DNA of 64,000 bases from Lingula anatina. Lineage: Eukaryota > Animalia > Brachiopoda. Made by a program: the position numbers and the translations under genes. The DNA is taken from positions 17,878,534 to 17,942,533 of the forward strand of contig CM120644.1 of NCBI GenBank assembly GCA_051362555.1. Reading direction: 5' to 3'. The first letter of the stretch is position 1; every line of letters starts with the position of its first letter. A model generated the notes under the pieces. It saw nothing but the letters and a program-made list of their open reading frames with translations. It did no database searches and had not been told where the DNA came from. Below, piece by piece: positions 35,331 to 64,000 of the stretch.

Positions 35331-37299
35331 TTAAATAACGTCTAGGTCACAGTGACCTAGTGTCAAACGTGCTTAGGGACCGTTCCAAAAATAACTATTT
35401 CGAAGAATGATCCAACGGATAAAAATCATTTACAGATAAAAACGCCTTATAATTATTTTCAACGTGCTCGTTTAAAACTCATCAGCTTATCTGCATTCTA
35501 TAGTACTCAACTCCAGGAAGAGTACTCGAGTATCCGTTAATCTGATTGCACTAAACGAGTGTCCAGTTGGAGTTGGATCGTTAAACGTTAGAGTTTTCTT
35601 GGGAAAGTGCACGGAAATATTGCGTTTACAAACCATTGCATGGTCACTTCCATGTGTTTAATTGCGAGGAAAAGTCACATTGAAATGGGCAATGCAATTT
35701 CAGAATGCATTAAATTTTTTTATTTTAACCCTAATCATACCAGCATATTTTGCAACACATTTCTACTGGTTGGGGTCATGTCATGGCATTAATTATCAAA
35801 TAACAATTTTTTGGGGGGCAATAAGAAAACAGAATAGTTGTTTAATCTGTAAATATAGGCCTCCGGCCTTGTATTACAATTGTTATAACATTACATTTTG
35901 TTTCGCTTAGAAGTAATAATAATAAAAGAAATAATACTGGAGTGCATGATTACATTTAACTATAGTGCAATAAAATTTACATTTCATACCTCTATGTCTA
36001 CAGTAGTAGTAAGCTCTAGTTTTTCTGCATTTATCAAAAATAAAGAAAACAGATGCTTTTTGGTAAATCAAACGTTAACATTATGATACATACAACACAT
36101 ATTGCTGAAGAGTTAAAATACTATATTCTTTACTGATCTATAATAATAATAATAATTTATTTGCTAGAATCGCAACCCAAAGGTTGAAGTTTTACAATTT
36201 TTCATAAATAAAATCATACGGGTATTTAAAAGTAACTAAAAATTATAAACTAAAAAACCAAATCTTTAAAACAAGACTTATAAGACAATTTGGAGGAGTA
36301 TTTTACATGAAGTTTAAAAGACTGTGCATTATAAAGGATGATTTAAAACGCTCCGTTTTCACTCTTGGTATTAAAAAATTGTTGCTGACCCTGAGATTTC
36401 TTGGATTCTTTTCTTTAAACAGATGGTCTAACTTATTAAAATTCTTGATTTTTTAAAAATAGTTCTTAAATAAAACGATAGTTTTAGAACATGAATTAGC
36501 TTTAGTAAATTATACATGTATATCCTTTTTTTTTCAAAATAAAAAGTCTCTGTTTCCAATTCTTGTTCTGATGGTATAAAACTACCTTGCCATTGATGTA
36601 AAATTTAATTCCTTAAGATGCCGAAATCATATCAAAACACGTGTTCATCTTAAACTGGACAAAGTGTTACAAAGGCCACATGTTTTTTCTCTTCCTCTCA
36701 ATATTCACATATACATATGCATCTGGCCAGTTCTGTGAACCTTTATCTTGTGTCCTGAGAGAAAATTATATTTATGAATATATAACCCACTAATGTGTGC
36801 GTGTGTGTATGTGTGTGTTTTTTTCATATTTTAATCTAATAACTAATGAAATTTGCAGAATAAACCGTCTACAATTAGCGGAACTCAAACGATACCAAAG
36901 CTACGAAAATATCCCCTAAAAGAGGATAAAAAAAGTGAAAAATACATGAAATTGCATGGAAAAATAATGTATAAAAATACGCTAACAGAGAGAGATAATG
37001 AACGAAACCTGGATATAATATCAAAATCGTTTCAGTGGCGTAATTTTCCCTTCATGTAAAATATTAGCCTAAGATGCGGCAATATTGAAACCTTCAACCG
37101 TGCCTTGAATTAAAATGACGCAATTCCTGTCCGACTTCTCAGTCTTGCTGACCCTTTTTAGGGCTGCTATTTTTATGTACCTTTTAAATCAAGTTGACAG
37201 CAAAAGTGTTGTGAATTGTATCGATATTTTCATGTTACCGGCTAAGTTCTGTTTCAATTTGAGAATGGTAATTTTAATTTTAAAATATTAAAATATTTC

Positions 37300-37960
37300 T
37301 TTCACTCTCAATATCGGCGTCAGCCGCTACATTGCTTAAAAGCCAGTTATACATGTATATCAGCAAAACATAGATCATTACAATTTTGAACATAATAACG
37401 AAGTCAACACATAAAGAAGACAAACGCCAGAATCGGTTTTTATTAGATTGACGGAAAAAAAGATGACGAAAAGCCCGAAATAAATTCCCACTTGCTGAAG
37501 CAAGAGGGACCGCAAGTTTTCAATCGCGTTATTAGTGCAAAAGAACAAAAAGAAATTCAGTGAGGCACATCGTGCGTAACCTTGATTATATAATCTGTTC
37601 AGGCTCCCGTGGAACTATCGTAACGGCTCATCTGAGACAATGGGCGAATGTTTACTCGAACACAGATGTCTTCAAAGGAAGACGCCCAGTTTCAGGTCCC
37701 TTCGTAATTTTGTGCAAGGCATGGAGTGCATAATTGCGCAACACAGTGAGCATGAGTCGTAATTTTAAAATTGCCCAGTAGACCTTGTTAGGTGGCTGGG
37801 TACATTCTTTGTAAGCGACAGAGATACGTATACGCTATTAAGGCTACTGAGGTCCCTTGCGCCCCGAGCATTTTTTTGATCATTATACCTTGTTTCCATA
37901 AATGAGTTTACCCAACGAGATTTTATGTAATCATGCACGTGTCAAACAGTGGTTCTTTGC
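37300..37960 (+). pseudogene. Decayed Mab-21/cGLR-like gene copy 3 (more diverged)
   Basis: Residual peptides (G)FIRL, EIQ*GTSCVT, LDYIIC...LRQWA and IKATEVPCAPSIF (paralogous to LFRSIEVR*TPRIF). Downstream DNA at 37915-39010 matches 29585-30110 and 35345-35400. Confidence 0.4.
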
Positions 37961-38688
37961 TAAGAAGTACCGGGGTATGTATAAATTAGGTTTTGATAAT
38001 AATAATAATAATGCAACTAATAAAGATAATGATGGAGAAAATAGGTCAGGTGTCTAGGCGTGTAAATGTAATCACCCGAGCTGGTAAAGGTCATGCTGAC
38101 GTACCCCTACCAAGGCCGCAGATTGGTTGTTCATCAGATAGAGACCATTCCCAGAGAATTCTAGGAATGGGAACCCAGTCATGCACAGTCACAGATAATT
38201 AAGTCTCTAGTGAACTCATGGCACATTTCTTGCGTGGGGGAAAGTGCCCTTGTAAGGGGAATATGGTGTAATTTTATTTTACTTGTGTACAGTGGCGGAT
38301 TAAGGGGGTGGGGGGTGGGTGGGCGGGTGTCAGGGGGGCCTCGAACCCAGCCCCAGGGTCGGCTTCGCATCCGCAGCCAGTCATTCTTTAAAACTGGACC
38401 CCCCCCCTCCCTCAAATAATCCGGTATCCGCCCCTGTGTGTGCACGTTTGCTTTTGCATTGAATTTCTGTGTCAGTTAATCCACCAACTTTTACATTTGA
38501 ATGTGATATGGGTCTAAACGTACGTATATGAACTCACAAAAAAAAAAAAATAAATAAAATAAATAAATAAATAAATAAATAATAATAATAAAATAAAAAA
38601 TTAAATAAAAAACTTTCTATTTTCACTTTTTGTAGGTATTTTAAGGGTCTAGGATCACATAAAATGTCACATCCAATTAAGCCTCTAA

Positions 38689-38920
38689 GACCCCATTTCC
38701 ATAGATTTTAGATCGATCTATCCCTGTGGGGAGTCTCACTAGATTACTGTCAGCTTAGCCGGCTTAAGCGTCTGTCCTGAAAGCTGTAAGCTGTAAGCTG
38801 TAAGGGGGTAATTAACTATGGTGCGCGCTCGGCTGACTGCAATTTAGTGTGAACCCCCAGGGAGTTAGGTCGATCTAAATCTAAATCCCTGGATCGATCT
38901 AAATCTCTGGGAATACACCC
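38689..38920 (+). mobile_element. MITE family A
   Basis: TIRs and TSD TAA; internal AAGCTGT x3. Confidence 0.88.
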
Positions 38921-39075
38921 TAAGTCACAATGACCTAGTGACAAAGGCACTGAGGGCTCATTCCCAAAGAAATTATATATCGTCCCACGGGGACTCTCTC
39001 TGAATGGTTTAAGGGAAAGGTTTGCCAGATTGCCTTATGTTCTTTTACATGAATCAAAACTATTTTCTACAGGTA

Positions 39076-39180
<105 letters not shown>

Positions 39181-39589
39181 TTTGCCCAGATTTGATAACA
39201 AATGGCAGAAAAGATAAAAAGCTGTCTTTTTTATTTTTATTTTGCAAAAATCCGCGGACCCGAACCCGCGCCGAATTAATTAAATTTAGGCACTCTCGTG
39301 CCTTCACATATAAATCTAATAACTTTGATTAAACGAATCCGAATGCGTCCTCTGTAGGCTAAGAATAGGGCCTACCTAGCTAATGTATGTGAGAAGTGGG
39401 ACTCCGAATAAAAATTTGAAAAAAAAAAGTGGGTGTCGTGGAAGAGGCTAAACAAACTTTATGTATTAATTCTCTTTGTAAAAAATTAAATCACCGATAT
39501 GTGTGTGGCTTATTGAAGTTTTGATCACCATCCTATATGATTTAGGCGTGTTTTGTTTTTGCAGAAAGATGATCATGATCCAAGGCTCG

Positions 39590-39695
39590 GCCAGGAAATC
39601 CCACAATACACAGCGGCCCTCAAATTTGAGGGGGATTTCTGTGACGTCACAAGAAAAATGGCCGATTTTAGAAAAGAGCGGTAGCACAGGTACCC
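39590..39695 (+). promoter_or_regulatory. Candidate TRRAP core promoter and non-coding first exon
   Basis: A cluster about 700 bp upstream of the ATG exon (acceptor at 40334): ZNF143/Staf-like ATCCCACAATACACAGCG (39598-39615), 16-bp palindrome CCCTCAAATTTGAGGG (39617-39632), full CRE TGACGTCA (39642-39649), YY1-like AAAATGGCCG (39655-39664), then a possible donor CAG|GTACC at about 39689. Confidence 0.55.
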
Positions 39696-40392
39696 TATAT
39701 TTATAGCCCTAAAAGAGCAAACTGATTGGTGAGTAGGAATGATTGGTAGTTAGAAATTATTACATTTGATTTAAGAGTGGAATATATTCTATTTTGCACA
39801 TGATGGAACCGTAATTTTTCCTTTATAACATTCTAAAATTTGACCTACTTTTATTTCTCCCACTCCCAGCAGCAAAAGTAGTACAAAGTATCAGCGGACA
39901 CAGAGGTTTTGTATCCTGTACTAAAACGCTACTTGATCATTTTGTCCAGTGTATTACCGTTAAAGACAACTTACAAAAAAAGACGTTAAATTGAATACCA
40001 TATCACCTGGTTGTGGGTGTTTTTACTTGTCAAGTACTTAATTCTTACTGTACTACATGTTATTTAAAGTTTAAAGTAGTCGATGCTTCAGGTTGCAAGA
40101 TGTACTTGTCTTATTGAAAGAATGATAAGCAAGAGAGATAAAAACAATAGCACTCTCCCATTTACTCGACTTAAACCTTATTAGGTATTTTTTTTAAACA
40201 TGTTTTATGTTTTCAAAAGAGGAATGCATTTCATGTATAAGTACAGAAATTGTTGTCAAATCTCTTTGATAATTTGTGTCATTTGTATTTTTACACACTA
40301 ATTCCTTAATTTGCCCATTTTTGTCTTTTTTCAGCTCATTACTTTGTAAAACATAATTACATTGAAAAATTTAAAGCCCTGAAAGTATAAAC

Positions 40393-64000
<23,608 letters not shown>

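Overview
AT-rich, intron-rich animal genomic DNA; the repeat families and gene content suggest a lophotrochozoan, probably a mollusc (inference). Three intact genes can be spliced by hand with consistent phases. (1) The last 7 coding exons of a polypeptide GalNAc-transferase (GALNT, + strand, 627-4201). (2) A 5-coding-exon PAR-bZIP transcription factor (DBP/HLF/TEF/Pdp1-like, - strand, 12061-20331, about 316 aa), only partly captured by the ORF track, with a substituted DNA-contact residue and a divergent zipper. (3) The first 31 coding exons of TRRAP (+ strand, 40393 to beyond the window end). Both intergenic regions flanking the PAR-bZIP gene hold tandemly duplicated, heavily decayed coding relics whose residual motifs look like Mab-21/cGAS-like receptors (cGLR); this call is by eye and unverified. 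TRRAP introns repeatedly carry tandem copies of 'exon tail plus 5' splice site' (29-, 79- and 85-bp units). The window is dense with non-autonomous DNA transposons: PIF/Harbinger-type MITEs with 3-bp TSDs, 9-bp, 6-bp, about 5-bp and TTAA TSD elements, and a Helentron-associated HINE carrying a 146-bp satellite with higher-order structure. No rRNA, tRNA or CRISPR array was found.
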